From Octopus bimaculoides (Eukaryota), in NCBI RefSeq assembly GCF_001194135.2, contig NC_068986.1, positions 116,029,599-116,093,598 on the forward strand: a DNA stretch of 64,000 nt. Direction: 5' to 3'. The notes beneath the pieces were generated by a model, which was not told where the DNA came from, did no database searches, and saw nothing but the letters and a program-made list of their open reading frames with translations. Shown piece after piece: positions 37,075 through 49,890 of this stretch. A program made the translations under genes and the position numbers. Within the stretch, counting starts at the first letter, position 1, and each line of letters begins with the position of its first letter.

Positions 37075-37640
37075 CTTCACATTTGAAGAGCGTCGAATGT
37101 AAACAACGAAAAATGTTGCTTCTCTTTCGTTTACGATGTTTCCCGGTGCGGGGTCAGTATTTTAAGCTTTCTGTCGAGCACAAATTGCATCTGCCATCTC
37201 GTCCGTTTATGTATTTTTCCTTTTCGGCAATATTTCACCTGAAGGTAGGGTTACTTATAAATCTCCCTACAAGTATCGAAAGCGTAGTGGAAGTTTTCTT
37301 ATTTTGTCTGAATGAAATGTTTTGTGTGTATCAGGTTTTAAATTTGTTTTTCGCGAATTTGATATATGTCTTCTGTGTCCTTTTGGTGTTTAGGATGACA
37401 TCTCAATACAACTTTATTCCAGGCATTTGATGCTAAGAGAACAGTAGCGCTGGGAATGTTGCACATTATTCGCTATTCCATTACTGTGCATATGTATCTG
37501 CAATCTTAAACAACTGCAATCAACTCTCACATCAACCTTATTGATGGTTCTCGATGTATTCCACGTGTTTGTAATTTCGTGTGCAGTGGAGTATATTTGT
37601 TTCTCTGGAGAAGGAAAACAACTCATCTCATTCTGATAAA
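37075..37640 (-). mobile_element. Penelope-like GIY-YIG endonuclease relic
   Basis: CSLSIKCL...TYIKFAKNKFKT*Y..ISF...TTLS...CNLCSTE..KRSNIFRCLH, matching the PLE C-terminal pattern YIG..FK.RY..SF..T.LS..C.LC..EK..NKRSE..C.H. Confidence 0.65.
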
Positions 37641-37879
37641 CTGGCAGTTGCTGTTCTGAGAATTATCTTCTGTCTCACCAAAGTCATACCAGGACGAGAA
37701 AGGATTTATACATTTCTTCAATGCGAGATTTATGCTAACCAAACAAAAAAAAAAAAAACAAATTCCGGTCTTTCCATCATTTTGGCTCCAGATATGAATT
37801 TTGGGAGATCGCAAATGAATNNNNNNNNNNTTTCAGTTTTGAGTATTATTGCATCAGCTCGTGTATGAATGTGTGTGCG

Positions 37880-37930
<51 letters not shown>

Positions 37931-38319
37931 ATGCATGTGTATGCGTGTGTAAGTTAAAAGGTTTGTCTCAAGAGTTTTCCCCCCAAATTCCCCCCCAAAC
38001 TGATTGGAGCGACACCCGGAAACATTTGACAATCTGAAGCTTCTGATAAATAGTTGTACAGCAACAGCAGTAGCAACAACATTTGTGTGTATGTGTGTCT
38101 GTGTGTTTGTGTCTGTGTGTTTGTGTCTGTGCGTGTAAGAGTGAAGCAGAGAGGGAAGGAAAGTGGGGGAGAGAAGGTGGTGGTAGTGGTGGGGTTGTTG
38201 AAGTAATCTCTGTACCAAATGATTAAGTAGCAAACAGATAAAACTGGTTGGTTGTAGAGAATATTTTTATTGGAAGGCAGGAAATGAATGGTATGCACAG
38301 GTTTATGGCGGTGGCGGAG

Positions 38320-38600
38320 GTGGAGGTAGTAGTGTGCTGAAGGTGGGGGATAAAGATGGTAGTGGTATTAGTAGTAGTTAAGGTGAAGATAGTAGTAGTA
38401 ATGGTGGTGGTAGAGGTGGTGGCTGACGTGGTGATTGTGGTGGTAGTGGTCTGTAATAGTTTTAAAGTGGCAATAATAGTAGTAATAGCAGTAGCAGCAG
38501 CAGTAATAGTAATAGTAGAAAAGGTTTTGGTTAAAGTAGAAATAGTGCTGGTAGTAGTTGTGGTAGTGGTAGTAATAGTAGAGGTGGTAGTCAAGTCATC
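38320..38600. repeat. Degenerate (GTA/GTG)n triplet array
   Basis: Read directly. Confidence 0.9.
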
Positions 38601-38969
38601 ATATATTATGATCGTCCCCTCGAAATCGGATATTGGCTGTATTAAGTAAATGTGAGTTATTCCCAGGGTTAAGGGTTAGGGTTAGGGGGCCTGGTTTTAC
38701 AGGAAGGGATCGGGATAAGAACAACGCCTTGAATGCATACATACATTTTATTATTTCGTTAAAGCTCAATATGCTTCAGAACAAAGGGTCAGTTGAGTAC
38801 AGAGCAGTAATAAGAAATTTCGCTTTATGTTTGAAGCTCTGATGAAGCTATACGGTGATACGCAAGCACTCAACTATGTGTGCATGTCATCTTATAGCAG
38901 AAACAACTGTAAGCTAATGAAGTTCATAACATAATTGTTTCTTTCTTTGTCATTTTAATTTCTCATTTC

Positions 38970-39006
<37 letters not shown>

Positions 39007-39013
39007 TCTTTAG

Positions 39014-39158
39014 ACTCTATGATCACTTGATTCCATCCCCGCTGCCATCTATGGTGAATTCGGAGATAGTAGAGACAGTGTCTCTGACCTGGGCTTCCCT
39101 CCCTCCACCCCAAACTATTGGAATTTGTATGGCTGATGCCCAGCCTGGGCGTCTTCAG
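39014..39158 (+). other. Candidate 145-nt internal exon, product unknown
   Basis: Flanked by ctcttctttag and cag/gtaaat; one frame is open (LYDHLIPSPLPSMVNSEIVETVSLTWASLPPPQTIGICMADAQPGRLQ); no recognisable homology. Confidence 0.3.
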
Positions 39159-39300
39159 GTAAATGTTTTTATAGGAAGAAAAAAACAAACAAGAAAGTCG
39201 GATGAGGGTCGGGCGGGGTGGCGAAATCTGGAGGTGTATCTGCTTTGTTTGCCACTCTGTGAACTGTGCTAAGAAACCGGGTGGTAAACTGACCGGCGTG

Positions 39301-39344
<44 letters not shown>

Positions 39345-40169
39345 TACCACCACCATCACTACCACCACAATCACCACGTCAGCCACCACCTCTACCACCA
39401 CTTTTACCACCACTTTTACCACCACCACCACCACCACCACCACCACCTTCCTACACCTTGATGCTTGGATCTTAGAATTACATACATACAAACAAAAATA
39501 CCTTGTTGATGTTGAAATTCCAATGAAGGAGCTTGGGATCTGGGTTAGAAACCGGCTCTTTCTCTATTAGCAAGAAATCTTGAAATAAAACTGAACAATC
39601 ACGTACACACACACACACACACACACACATCTATATGGTGTCTGTCGACTCATTAATCTAGTATAACTCTTCTCAGCATCACCACTGGCAGACTACTCAC
39701 ACATCGGCACGAAACTAGTTAAAAGCTAACAACATAACAAACTCGCAGGAAATGTGAAATTGAATAGTTGCAGTTTCAAATTCCAAGAAGATAGTTAAAG
39801 ATAATCTACGTGTTGTGTAACCAGAAATGGCTCATCGGTCCATCATATTTACAAACTTTTCCACACAGAAGACGTGAAAATGCTTGATTTCCCTGTAAAG
39901 ACCGCTAAAAATTGTTATTTTGACATTTCACGCGCCTTGTCAACGCAAGTTTACTTCTGCAGACCTTGTTGCGAACACAGCATGCTAATTTAAATTTATC
40001 AGATTGAGATTGAAGAGTCAGAAGAGAGTCTAAATAAGTGCTTCCGCTGATGGTTTACTAGTCCAGTTTGGGGAAGACAAACACGGTTGCAGACATCACA
40101 AACCAGGAGAGAAGGATCATTGACCGCAAGCAAACTCGTTCTTGCTTCCCTTTTTTTTTTCAGCGTATG

Positions 40170-40408
40170 TTTCTTATTTCTTTACTGCCCACAAGGGGCT
40201 ACACACAGAGGAGACAAACAAGGACAGACAAACGGATTAAGTCGATTATATCGACCCCAGTGCGTAGCTGGTACTTAATTTATCGACCCCGAAAGGATAA
40301 AAGGTAAAGTCGACCTCGGCGGAATTTGAACTCAGAACGTAGCGTCAGACGAAATACGGCTAAGCATTTCGCCCGGCGTGCTAACGTTTCTGCCAGCTCC
40401 TCCCGCCT
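40170..40408 (-). mobile_element. SINE family A, full length
   Basis: End-to-end reverse complement of the 15817 copy. Confidence 0.9.
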
Positions 40409-41097
40409 ACGTTTTTGCTTATTACTTTCAAAACAAGTCAGTACCTTCTNNNNNNNNNNNNNNNNNNNNNNNNNNNNNNNNNNNNNNNNNNNNNNNNNNN
40501 NNNNNNNNNNNNNNNNNNNNNNNNNNNNNNNNNNNNNNNNNNNNNNNNNNNNNNNNNNNNNNNNNNNNNNNNNNNNNNNNNNNNNNNNNNNNNNNNNNNN
40601 NNNNNNNNNNNNNNNNNNNNNNNNNNNNNNNNNNNNNNNNNNNNNNNNNNNNNNNNNNNNNNNNNNNNNNNNNNNNNNNNNNNNNNNNNNNNNNNNNNNN
40701 NNNNNNNNNNNNNNNNNNNNNNNNNNNNNNNNNNNNNNNNNNNNNNNNNNNNNNNNNNNNNNNNNNNNNNNNNNNNNNNNNNNNNNNNNNNNNNNNNNNN
40801 NNNNNNNNNNNNNNNNNAGACAAAATGAGAAACGAGATCATAAAAAAACAAAAACATAGAAAACGAATTTTTTCGAACAACGAAAGAAACAGACCAACAG
40901 AGAAACGAGACAGGCAACATCAAGAACATTCTCTTCATCAGTTGTCCCCTGTTTTATCTACTCCGCGTTTCAAAGGTAGGAACAAGATGCGACTTCGTTA
41001 AAACAGTCCTTCCCGCAAAGCAAAGTAAATAAAATTTGGGATTTTTTGCGGAGGGTGAAAGTGGTAACAAAAACAGGACAGTTAGTAAAAACAAACG

Positions 41098-41700
41098 GTG
41101 AGGGCTGTTAAGCCAAGACGATATATACAAATATACTTCGTTTTTGGATTTGGTTTGCAAGATTCTTTATGTGAGTTCGTGTGTTAAATCATATTATGTT
41201 GTGTCTGGGGAGAACCATTCTCTTTTAGTGCCTTATTATTTAATGCACTTACCGGCAAAGTTTTCATTCATTTACTTATTTATTTTTCTGCGTTAGTTAG
41301 TTTTGCTCTTTTTCCGTGAAACCAAGTATTTCTAAGTTTTCCTTTAAATTTGTTGGTGCATCACCTAAGGCACCAACGGCTACAGGTACAAATGAGAATC
41401 CAGAGTCAGAGTACAAGAGTTGTATGTTCCGCATTCATTCGTCATAAACGTTCTCTTTCTCCTGGACTTTTGATATTACATTCACATCCGCTGGGCAGCT
41501 GACCTCAACAACAGCGCATGACTTTTGTTCCCTGTCACACACAACAAGTCTGTTATGTTCGCACCGAATCGATGTTTTTATTGGGGTATTCCACCAGTAT
41601 TCCTTGTTTTTAAAGGTGTGAATACCTGTTGGTTCTGACATGCTTTTCCTGTACACGTCAGGGCAGTCTTTTTAGCAGGTAGCTTTGTAAATAATCTTTG
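41098..41700 (-). mobile_element. R4/Dong-type element, RLE domain and 3' UTR
   Basis: EYWWNTPIKT...HNR..VV.DRE..C.VVEVSCPADVN...EKE..Y and FVPVAVGALG. Confidence 0.75.
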
Positions 41701-41754
41701 TAATTATATCAAGGGCAGGTAGTATCCTGTAGATATTTTGGGGGCAGCTGTTCG

Positions 41755-41954
41755 TATGTATGTATGTATGTATGTATGTATGTATGTATGTATGTATGTA
41801 TGTATGTATGTATGTATGTATGCATGCATGTACGTATGTGTAATGTATGTATGTGTAATGTATGTATGTGTAATGTATGTATGTATGTATGTATGTGTAA
41901 TGTATGTATGCATGCATGTACGTATGTATGTATGTATGTATGCATGCATGTTCG

Positions 41955-42017
<63 letters not shown>

Positions 42018-42035
42018 GTATATCTATCTATCTAG
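41755..42035. repeat. (GTAT)n / (TCTA)n compound array with 15-bp higher-order units
   Basis: Read directly. Confidence 0.95.
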
Positions 42036-42039
42036 AATA

Positions 42040-42430
42040 AAGATCTCAGCGCTAGGTATATCTACACCCCCAGAAAAGTTTATATATATGACATCGCTAC
42101 ACACACCACAAAATCCTATCCCCGTAGAGGAACCACATTATTAATACAAACTTTCCGCACTCCAATGTTGACTCTTATCGGCTCCACAACATACCTAACC
42201 AAGGGACACAGCTCCTAGCAAACCCCGCTGGACCTTTTTTCATTGCACCACCTTTTTATAAAGACACCGACCGGTCCTGCTAACCCACATCCGGCAGAGG
42301 AGAGTAATCGCGATATTGCCTCCCATGTCGTCTACTTCTGACGAGCGTGTTTATATAATTGGTTTGTTGTCTAATACTCCATTGTATTTTTTGCGCGAAA
42401 CCCATTGGTAACACCAGCCGTGATTAATAC
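42040..42430 (+). mobile_element. Penelope-like 3' end (GIY-YIG C-terminus plus terminal repeat)
   Basis: SLHTPQN..VEEPHY*YKLSALQ resembles PLE LEEQHLIFRLGTLQP and is followed by a hammerhead core. Confidence 0.5.
42335..42412 (+). ncRNA. Type I hammerhead ribozyme candidate
   Basis: CTGACGA (42338-44), stem II GCG/CGC, GAAA (42397-400), stem III ACC-catt-GGT, GUA triplet ending at 42410; stem I is weak. Confidence 0.55.
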
Positions 42431-42449
42431 TTAATACTATAAAATTCGG

Positions 42450-42489
<40 letters not shown>

Positions 42490-42493
<4 letters not shown>

Positions 42494-42648
42494 TCGGCAT
42501 GATAGATCGCTGACCACTACACATATTTTTTTCTCTCTTTGTTTCTTTCTGTGTTCCTTTCTGTTGACGAGCGTAGGCTCGAAACGTTAAAGACTTTCGC
42601 TATTCCTGAGCATTATACTAATACATCCTTTTGTTGTTTACACCACCT
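42490..42648 (+). mobile_element. Penelope-like terminal repeat with minimal hammerhead-like motif
   Basis: tgacgag-cgtagg-ctcgaaacgt; starts at (TA)n; partial homolog at 22018. Confidence 0.5.
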
Positions 42649-43759
42649 NNNNNNNNNNNNNNNNNNNNNNNNNNNNNNNNNNNNNNNNNNNNNNNNNNNN
42701 NNNNNNNNNNNNNNNNNNNNNNNNNNNNNNNNNNNNNNNNNNNNNNNNNNNNNNNNNNNNNNNNNNNNNNNNNNNNNNNNNNNNNNNNNNNNNNNNNNNN
42801 NNNNNNNNNNNNNNNNNNNNNNNNNNNNNNNNNNNNNNNNNNNNNNNNNNNNNNNNNNNNNNNNNNNNNNNNNNNNNNNNNNNNNNNNNNNNNNNNNNNN
42901 NNNNNNNNNNNNNNNNNNNNNNNNNNNNNNNNNNNNNNNNNNNNNNNNNNNNNNNNNNNNNNNNNNNNNNNNNNNNNNNNNNNNNNNNNNNNNNNNNNNN
43001 NNNNNNNNNNNNNNNNNNNNNNNNNNNNNNNNNNNNNNNNNNNNNNNNNNNNNNNNNNNNNNNNNNNNNNNNNNNNNNNNNNNNNNNNNNNNNNNNNNNN
43101 NNNNNNNNNNNNNNNNNNNNNNNNNNNNNNNNNNNNNNNNNNNNNNNNNNNNNNNNNNNNNNNNNNNNNNNNNNNNNNNNNNNNNNNNNNNNNNNNNNNN
43201 NNNNNNNNNNNNNNNNNNNNNNNNNNNNNNNNNNNNNNNNNNNNNNNNNNNNNNNNNNNNNNNNNNNNNNNNNNNNNNNNNNNNNNNNNNNNNNNNNNNN
43301 NNNNNNNNNNNNNNNNNNNNNNNNNNNNNNNNNNNNNNNNNNNNNNNNNNNNNNNNNNNNNNNNNNNNNNNNNNNNNNNNNNNNNNNNNNNNNNNNNNNN
43401 NNNNNNNNNNNNNNNNNNNNNNNNNNNNNNNNNNNNNNNNNNNNNNNNNNNNNNNNNNNNNNNNNNNNNNNNNNNNNNNNNNNNNNNNNNNNNNNNNNNN
43501 NNNNNNNNNNNNNNNNNNNNNNNNNNNNNNNNNNNNNNNNNNNNNNNNNNNNNNNNNNNNNNNNNNNNNNNNNNNNNNNNNNNATATATATACACATTTG
43601 TAGACAAGTAATCAATGACTCATATACTCACTACTCAAAAATTTCATTGACACAAAAGCACGTGGTTACGAAAGCACATGTCTAATCGATCCTTGCAGAC
43701 AGTTGATCGATTAGAGAAGTGCTTTCGTGACACAATGAAACTGTGAAATGACGTCATTG

Positions 43760-43857
<98 letters not shown>

Positions 43858-44015
43858 CGTCTGTGTGTGTGTCTGCTTGACTGTCTGTATGTTTATATAT
43901 GTTTATTTTAAGACTTTTCCTTATGTACGCACACACACACACACATATACAAATACACACGCATGCAATGATTCAGTGATTCATACACACACATATATAT
44001 ATACATGCACACAGA

Positions 44016-44070
<55 letters not shown>

Positions 44071-44773
44071 CCTTTGCAGGACACTTCCCAGCTCATCTAT
44101 TACCAATATATTTTTCATTGAAAATTTTCAATGAACAATTATGAATTTATTATTGTGATAACAACAACGTCTGTGTGAAGAATATAGAATAGAATGCAAA
44201 TATCTCGAGTACGTCGTCGCACAAAGAAAATATTATTTTAAACTAGAAAATAAACTTATATTTCAGTCTTTTACAATACACCTCATTAACTGGAGAAGAA
44301 TAGAATTGAATTTGAGGGATATAATTGAATATATAATAAACATCCAGGTTACTATGGGTCAATATAATGCGAACGGAATGAACGGAACGAACGTTTCGAA
44401 TATGTGAACCTCTATACTACTATCTAAAGCGATTATGGTTTAGAAGTAATGGAATTCATGCCAAAAAAAATTTTCCAATGATTAGAAAAAAATTAATTAC
44501 TGAAAAAATTTATTTTGTCCGGTAAAATAAGTTTTTAAATTTCCGATGTAGCATTTACACAACATTTAGGACTCCGATGGGTACAAAGTTTGTTCCAACT
44601 TACGTCAATTTCCTCATGACGTGACATACCTAGAATTACAACTGTATTAAGAATTTAGAGTAAAGTTCGGCATCAGTTTATATAAACGCTTATTTAAAAA
44701 TTGGAAATATTACATGTATGACTGCCTTTTTCAAGATGTTAAATGTATTTTCAGCTTCTTTTCTTTTTTCATT

Positions 44774-44816
<43 letters not shown>

Positions 44817-44899
44817 GCCTGTCTGTCTGTCTGTCTGTCTATCTACATGAAGTACTTCTCGACTCTATTGTAGAAAAAGCACTCATCATCAAGTAGAAC

Positions 44900-46090
44900 G
44901 CTCAAGACGTCAGCAAAGCCTGTATCTCTTTGATCATAACTTTGCAAACGATCTTGTTTCACATGTCGTCGTCAACTGTGTAAAGTGTAATACTTGTTAA
45001 CAACCCTTCAAAATAGGTGTTGTGCTTTATATCGACCGACAATATATTCTATTCTAAACAAACAATCATGCTTTTTTATAGACACAACCAATATACATAA
45101 CTTTAAATAGTTCAAATTTAAACCAAGGAACAATGATACAGCTTAAAGATCATCACAAATATTCCATGTGTGTTCTTTGTATTCGATGAGACATAAGTTT
45201 CAATGATATGTGACACAACTATTAGAAGTCTCCCATGTTGCGTTCATCAAATATGCCACGCTCAGTCCCACTTTATTAGTTACTGGAAAATCTCCGCTCT
45301 TGACGATCATAGTCCTAGTTAACCTATATCACCAAGTCATTGATATCATCGCAGAAACAAACGCTTTTTGCTTGTAAGGTGATGAATAGTTCAGATGTTG
45401 CCGACAAAAACATTAAACTTTGGTGTTTGATTGAAGAAAAATCGTTAAGTTTGCAACCAAACAATTCTACCTTTTCTTTTTGTTATGTCTCAACACTACA
45501 CAGTGGCTGTGTGAGCATCTCATCCTCGTCGCCACTGTTATGTATCAACGCTACTGCTATCTAGCACCTTCGGATGATCTCTACTCAACACTCCTACCAC
45601 GGCCAGAGAAGATAAAGAAAAATGCATTAAAATAACAAACATAACAGATCATGCTTCATGTAAATTAACATGATCATCAGTCAATTTCGACATATTGTAA
45701 AACACAGCCATTTTTCAACGATTTTTCTACATTTCCTAAATCTTCATAGATTTGTGATACACTTTTGACCTCGCAATTTGTTTTCAATTTGTTAACACAC
45801 ATTTTGTTCTATTTGTTATATATACTGTTTGCTCTCAGATATTGATAATGTCGAATAAGACATATTTTTCTTGCTTGCCAGATCGATTTATATATTTATA
45901 CATTTTGTCTTCTTTTGTCTTTTTGTTATAGTATCTGTCACATACTTCATTATAAAAATAATGAATCTTGTCAAACAATCCACTGTATTTCAGTGACTGG
46001 CTTATTTTGTCATTCACAAAAGCCTCGAAGCCAAAATCTTTCTTACACCTTCCTCTTCTGATAATAGCAATTTATAACATAGACACAAAG
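44900..46090 (-). mobile_element. Decayed Chapaev3-like (CMC/Transib-related) transposase
   Basis: CYVC; MLTQ...QKEKVELFGCKL; VCFCDDINDLV; IEYKEHTWNICDDL*AVSLFLGL, collinear with recalled Chapaev3 motifs DCYFC, SKEKAELL, FCNDI.GL and YEEH.W.ICGDLKV..LLGL. The extent above 45660 is less certain. Confidence 0.6.
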
Positions 46091-46576
46091 TCAAAACTGT
46101 TGAGGGGAAAATAAATGATGTGGGTGTGTATCTAGAATAAAAGAATATGTTTGACATATTCCCAAAAAAGGGCAAATTTGTTCATTTGTATTAAAAATTG
46201 TTTCGCTTGTAAAAATGAGTTTCTTATTTAAAATGAAAATGTTATGTATTGTTTGATAAATTATTTATTAGTTTAAAAAGAACATTACTTTTAATATGTG
46301 CTCATTGGCGACGGCAAACATTTCTTTTTTTTTTTTACATTTTTGATTTAGTTGTAGCGGAAACAGTAACTGGAAAAAAAAAACTGTTGTAGCAACGTCT
46401 ACCATATTGAAATGCGTTTTCCAATTTAACAAAAAGGCCTCTTTTGATATGAAGAAGAAAAGGATCCAGGACTCAAGAGTCCTGATCCCGCTTCCTCTGC
46501 ATGTACAGGGGCGACTGTATTGGTGAATGGAAAACATCTGTTTGGTTGGTAATATTTTAAGTAACACAAAATAAAT

Positions 46577-46715
46577 CGCTTGGCCCAGTGGTTAGAAGCA
46601 TAGGATTCATTATCGTTGGGTTATAGATTCGAACCCTGGACCGGGCAACAAGCTGTGTCTCTTGAGCTAGTCACTTCATTTCACGTTGCTCGATGCACTC
46701 AACTGAAAATGAGTT
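46577..46715 (+). mobile_element. tRNA-derived SINE family C
   Basis: tggcccagtgg A-box, gattcgaaccc B-box, tgtgtctcttgagc...cacttcatttcacgttgctc core. Confidence 0.65.
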
Positions 46716-47100
46716 CCAGTGGAACTTGGAAATTGACACTGCAATGAACTGGCGTCCGACTCAGTCAGAATGTGGAGAGATATACAGTTTAAACGAGACA
46801 TAAGCAATATCAAGTTCACCGCGACCCTGGAGAGCGTGGGAAGATCATGAGCAATGTCCCTTTCTCCAGTCGCAACAACTTAAAGAAAAGTCAGTATTAA
46901 ATGATTTCGTGCAAATTTAAATGCAGGAAACTTCCTTGAAACTTGCTTTAAGTGTTTTACAAATATAACAATGTCATTAAAAATGATCTAGATTAGGTCC
47001 TGTGGACCTTATTCAAACAGCAAGATATAGGTGTCAACGCCCTCGATCTGTATTTAGAATGATATATCTGTGGTTACTTATGTAAAAAAATCGATGTTTA

Positions 47101-47295
47101 AATGAAATCAAAGTAGCATCAACGATCTATTCATTTCTTATGAATGAAACTACAGATGTTACCTACAATGAACAGGCTTCTTTGTGGATAGGTTGTATGT
47201 CTGATAAGGAAATCAATGAGCATTTCATTGAAATGTCTGATGTTATGTCTACTACTAGTGAAAAGTTAGAGAAACGACCAGAATACGTGGATTGA
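47101..47295 (+). mobile_element. hAT (Tip100/ZMYM1-like) transposase fragment
   Basis: NEIKVASTIYSFLMNETTDVTYNEQASL...INEHFIEMSDVMSTTSEKL matches the F.I..DETTD.S..EQ...ERF.....STTGE.L block; catalytic D has become N. Confidence 0.7.
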
Positions 47296-48362
47296 CGAAG
47301 GAACTTCAGTCAAGAATCCTTCTCTACTAAATTTAAAAAAAAAATGTTTTATACGTTCACTGATTGAACCTTATAATTGTAAAAAAAAATACAAAATTAA
47401 TCCGTTATTTTTCCTATTTAAAGAAAATATTGTAGAAAAGTTATGCAGCTTCATTTTAATGTGGAGTAAGTGGCACTCTTCATTCATATTAATTCAACAC
47501 CCCATTTACCTTGAGTTGTGGACTGAAGAAGGAAGTAAGGTAATTTGTCAAAATATATCTCAGCAACAAACACAAGATGCAGCTGTTGTCGGAAGAAATT
47601 ATCGGTTAGAGCAGACCTAGAAAAATTACAAGCAAAAGTTCAAGTCTAGCCGTGTATCTGCAACAACAACAGGTCGACTTTAAATATAAAAATGGATCAC
47701 ATATTTCTGGATAGATTTCTTACAAAAATTAGATTTAAAGTAAAAGGATTATATAAGACAAGAAAAATCCCGAAGTCACGTCATAGTCAAATTGTGTCGC
47801 TAAATTAGATCTGGGGAGCCTTGACATCGAGGAGCAGGGTTCAAGACTTAACCACTTCCAGCAAGTTAACTAAATTTTAAGAAAGGGTTGACAAGCTTTT
47901 AATATAATTGGGAGTATTGCCCACATTCTAAACACAGCCAAAAAATGATCCGAGATCCACTTTACATTTTATTAAGGAGAACCATGTCCATCTTATCTTC
48001 CCAATTATGTATGAGTCATTCAAAATATGGGAATATAACAAATGTGGAAGACTCCTACTTCCAGCTAAAATAAGTATAAACTGCGGGTCATATGTAGAGA
48101 AAAGAGACGCTCCGATATCCTGTTGCTTAGCATTAAGAAAGATTCCTGCTGCTTAGAATAACAAGAGATATTTTCAAGCACACGACCCCGAGCTGAATGC
48201 TCTTATGATATTTTAAAGTACTTTTCAATATACACTTCACTGTTGATGGCTAACAATAAACATTGTTTGCTTTAGTATTTTCCTATTACGATGATACTTA
48301 AGAGTCGTGGCCATCAATATTAAACGGCCCAGAGTATATTTCTATAAATTTCTATTAATACA

Positions 48363-48412
<50 letters not shown>

Positions 48413-48574
48413 NNNNNNNNNNTGAACAAGATAAAAGTCGATATGAGTAAATAAATTCCAATATCAATTGTAAATAAATTCCAATATCAATTGTAAATAA
48501 ATTCTAGTATCAGTATCTTCATACCTTTTTGCAATAGAAATTCCGATATCTATCTATCTATCTATATTTATATA

Positions 48575-49101
48575 CTAGCTGTTTTTCCCGGTTTCACCCG
48601 GGTAGTTTGGTTGATGTTGCTGTAAAACCAGCTATCTTCTAAATATTTGTTTCCTCTTTGTAGTCAAAAACAAAAAATAAAGGTTAAGAAAAACAGAATA
48701 TTTTAAGAAAACAAAAATTAACTAAAAAAGAAAAAAACCCAAATTAATAAAAATGTTAAGCTGCCGATAGCTGTAGTAACTGGAAGGTTTCAGTACTCCG
48801 ATATCGCTAAAATTATCTTAATTTGTGTAATCAAAGTCTAATGTAGTCCTTGTACGTAACCCGAACCTCAACCATGAATGAAAAATCAAGTATATGACAG
48901 TGAAGTTGTTGTATGTGCGCAAACAATCATATAAAATTGTACTTTATTAAACAACTCGACGTAAATACAATATAAAACTGTAGTCAGTAGCAGAAACTCA
49001 AAACAAATAGAATTAATGTTTGATATCACCCCTTCCTTCCTTATTCATCTATCACCCCTTTCTTTCTCATTCATAAACGCAAGAGTATTATTATAGTAGA
49101 T
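48575..49101 (+). mobile_element. Helitron-like non-autonomous element
   Basis: Begins tactagctg with hairpin cccgg-tttcac-ccggg and ends attattatagtagat, resembling Lep1-type termini; class is inferred. Confidence 0.4.
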
Positions 49102-49263
49102 TATCTCGGTAACCATGGGAGCTATGAAAAAATACAAAGCCCAGCATCACCACCGGATTCGACACATCTCTGTAATTTTTCGCGCAATTCCACCCCGCCG
49201 TTTGACCGTGAATCCCAAGACAAGAAAGAATTGCCCATGTCAAATTTATATGTATTTACATAA

Positions 49264-49316
<53 letters not shown>

Positions 49317-49689
49317 CATATATATATATAGATACAATGAAAAAATTACATATTGCAATACAAATGTATTACTTTCCAGTCAAATAAAGCACCGTAAAAG
49401 TAGAAGTATAATTATAGAATAGTGGTACAACAAGGCAGCAATGTTTACTGGAAATAGCAGTCGATGAATTTACGATGCCCTAGCAAAGCTTCACTGCATA
49501 TATTCTGGCAAAGATGTGTGCGGGCAGCGAACATAAACAATGTCGTCTTACCTCTGGGAAGAACATTAGATAAATGGACAATCCAAAATCGGATAATCCA
49601 GTACCTAGGTTTCGGACTCTTCAAATACGTTTATTACCGTAAATTTTATTAATCTTCTTCAGCTGGATTTACCAGGACAATATTTCACA

Positions 49690-49890
49690 CGTTGTTAGAT
49701 CGTAATCTTGGTTTCTGTTAGGAGTGCTTTCCACAAACAAATGCATCATACAGCATCTGCTTAGGGTTTCTTCGGTCGTTCATCTAAACATGGTGTCCAG
49801 TCCAACGCAAACAATGCTTGTGCACCATCACCTCAATGCTCAGGATGTGGCTCTCCTCAAACCTTGGCCGAACGCCGGTCACAGTATTCC
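49690..49890 (-). mobile_element. RTE 3' fragment, decayed
   Basis: SIEVMVHKHCLRWTGHHV*MNDRRNPKQMLY. Confidence 0.6.

Noticed and set aside
36655-37080. 141-aa minus-strand ORF
   Set aside because: No recognisable domain or splice context; most likely decayed retroelement sequence next to the Penelope relic.
38669-38690. (TTAGGG)-like runs here and at ~8838-8856
   Set aside because: Only 2-3 imperfect units, too short to call an interstitial telomere or fusion site.
46577-46650. tRNA-like sequence with A and B boxes
   Set aside because: No closable cloverleaf, and it continues into a SINE core shared with 30884.
48447-48504. 23-bp tandem duplication x2.5 (and a 26-bp duplication at ~49023)
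   Set aside because: Ordinary slippage duplications in AT-rich DNA.
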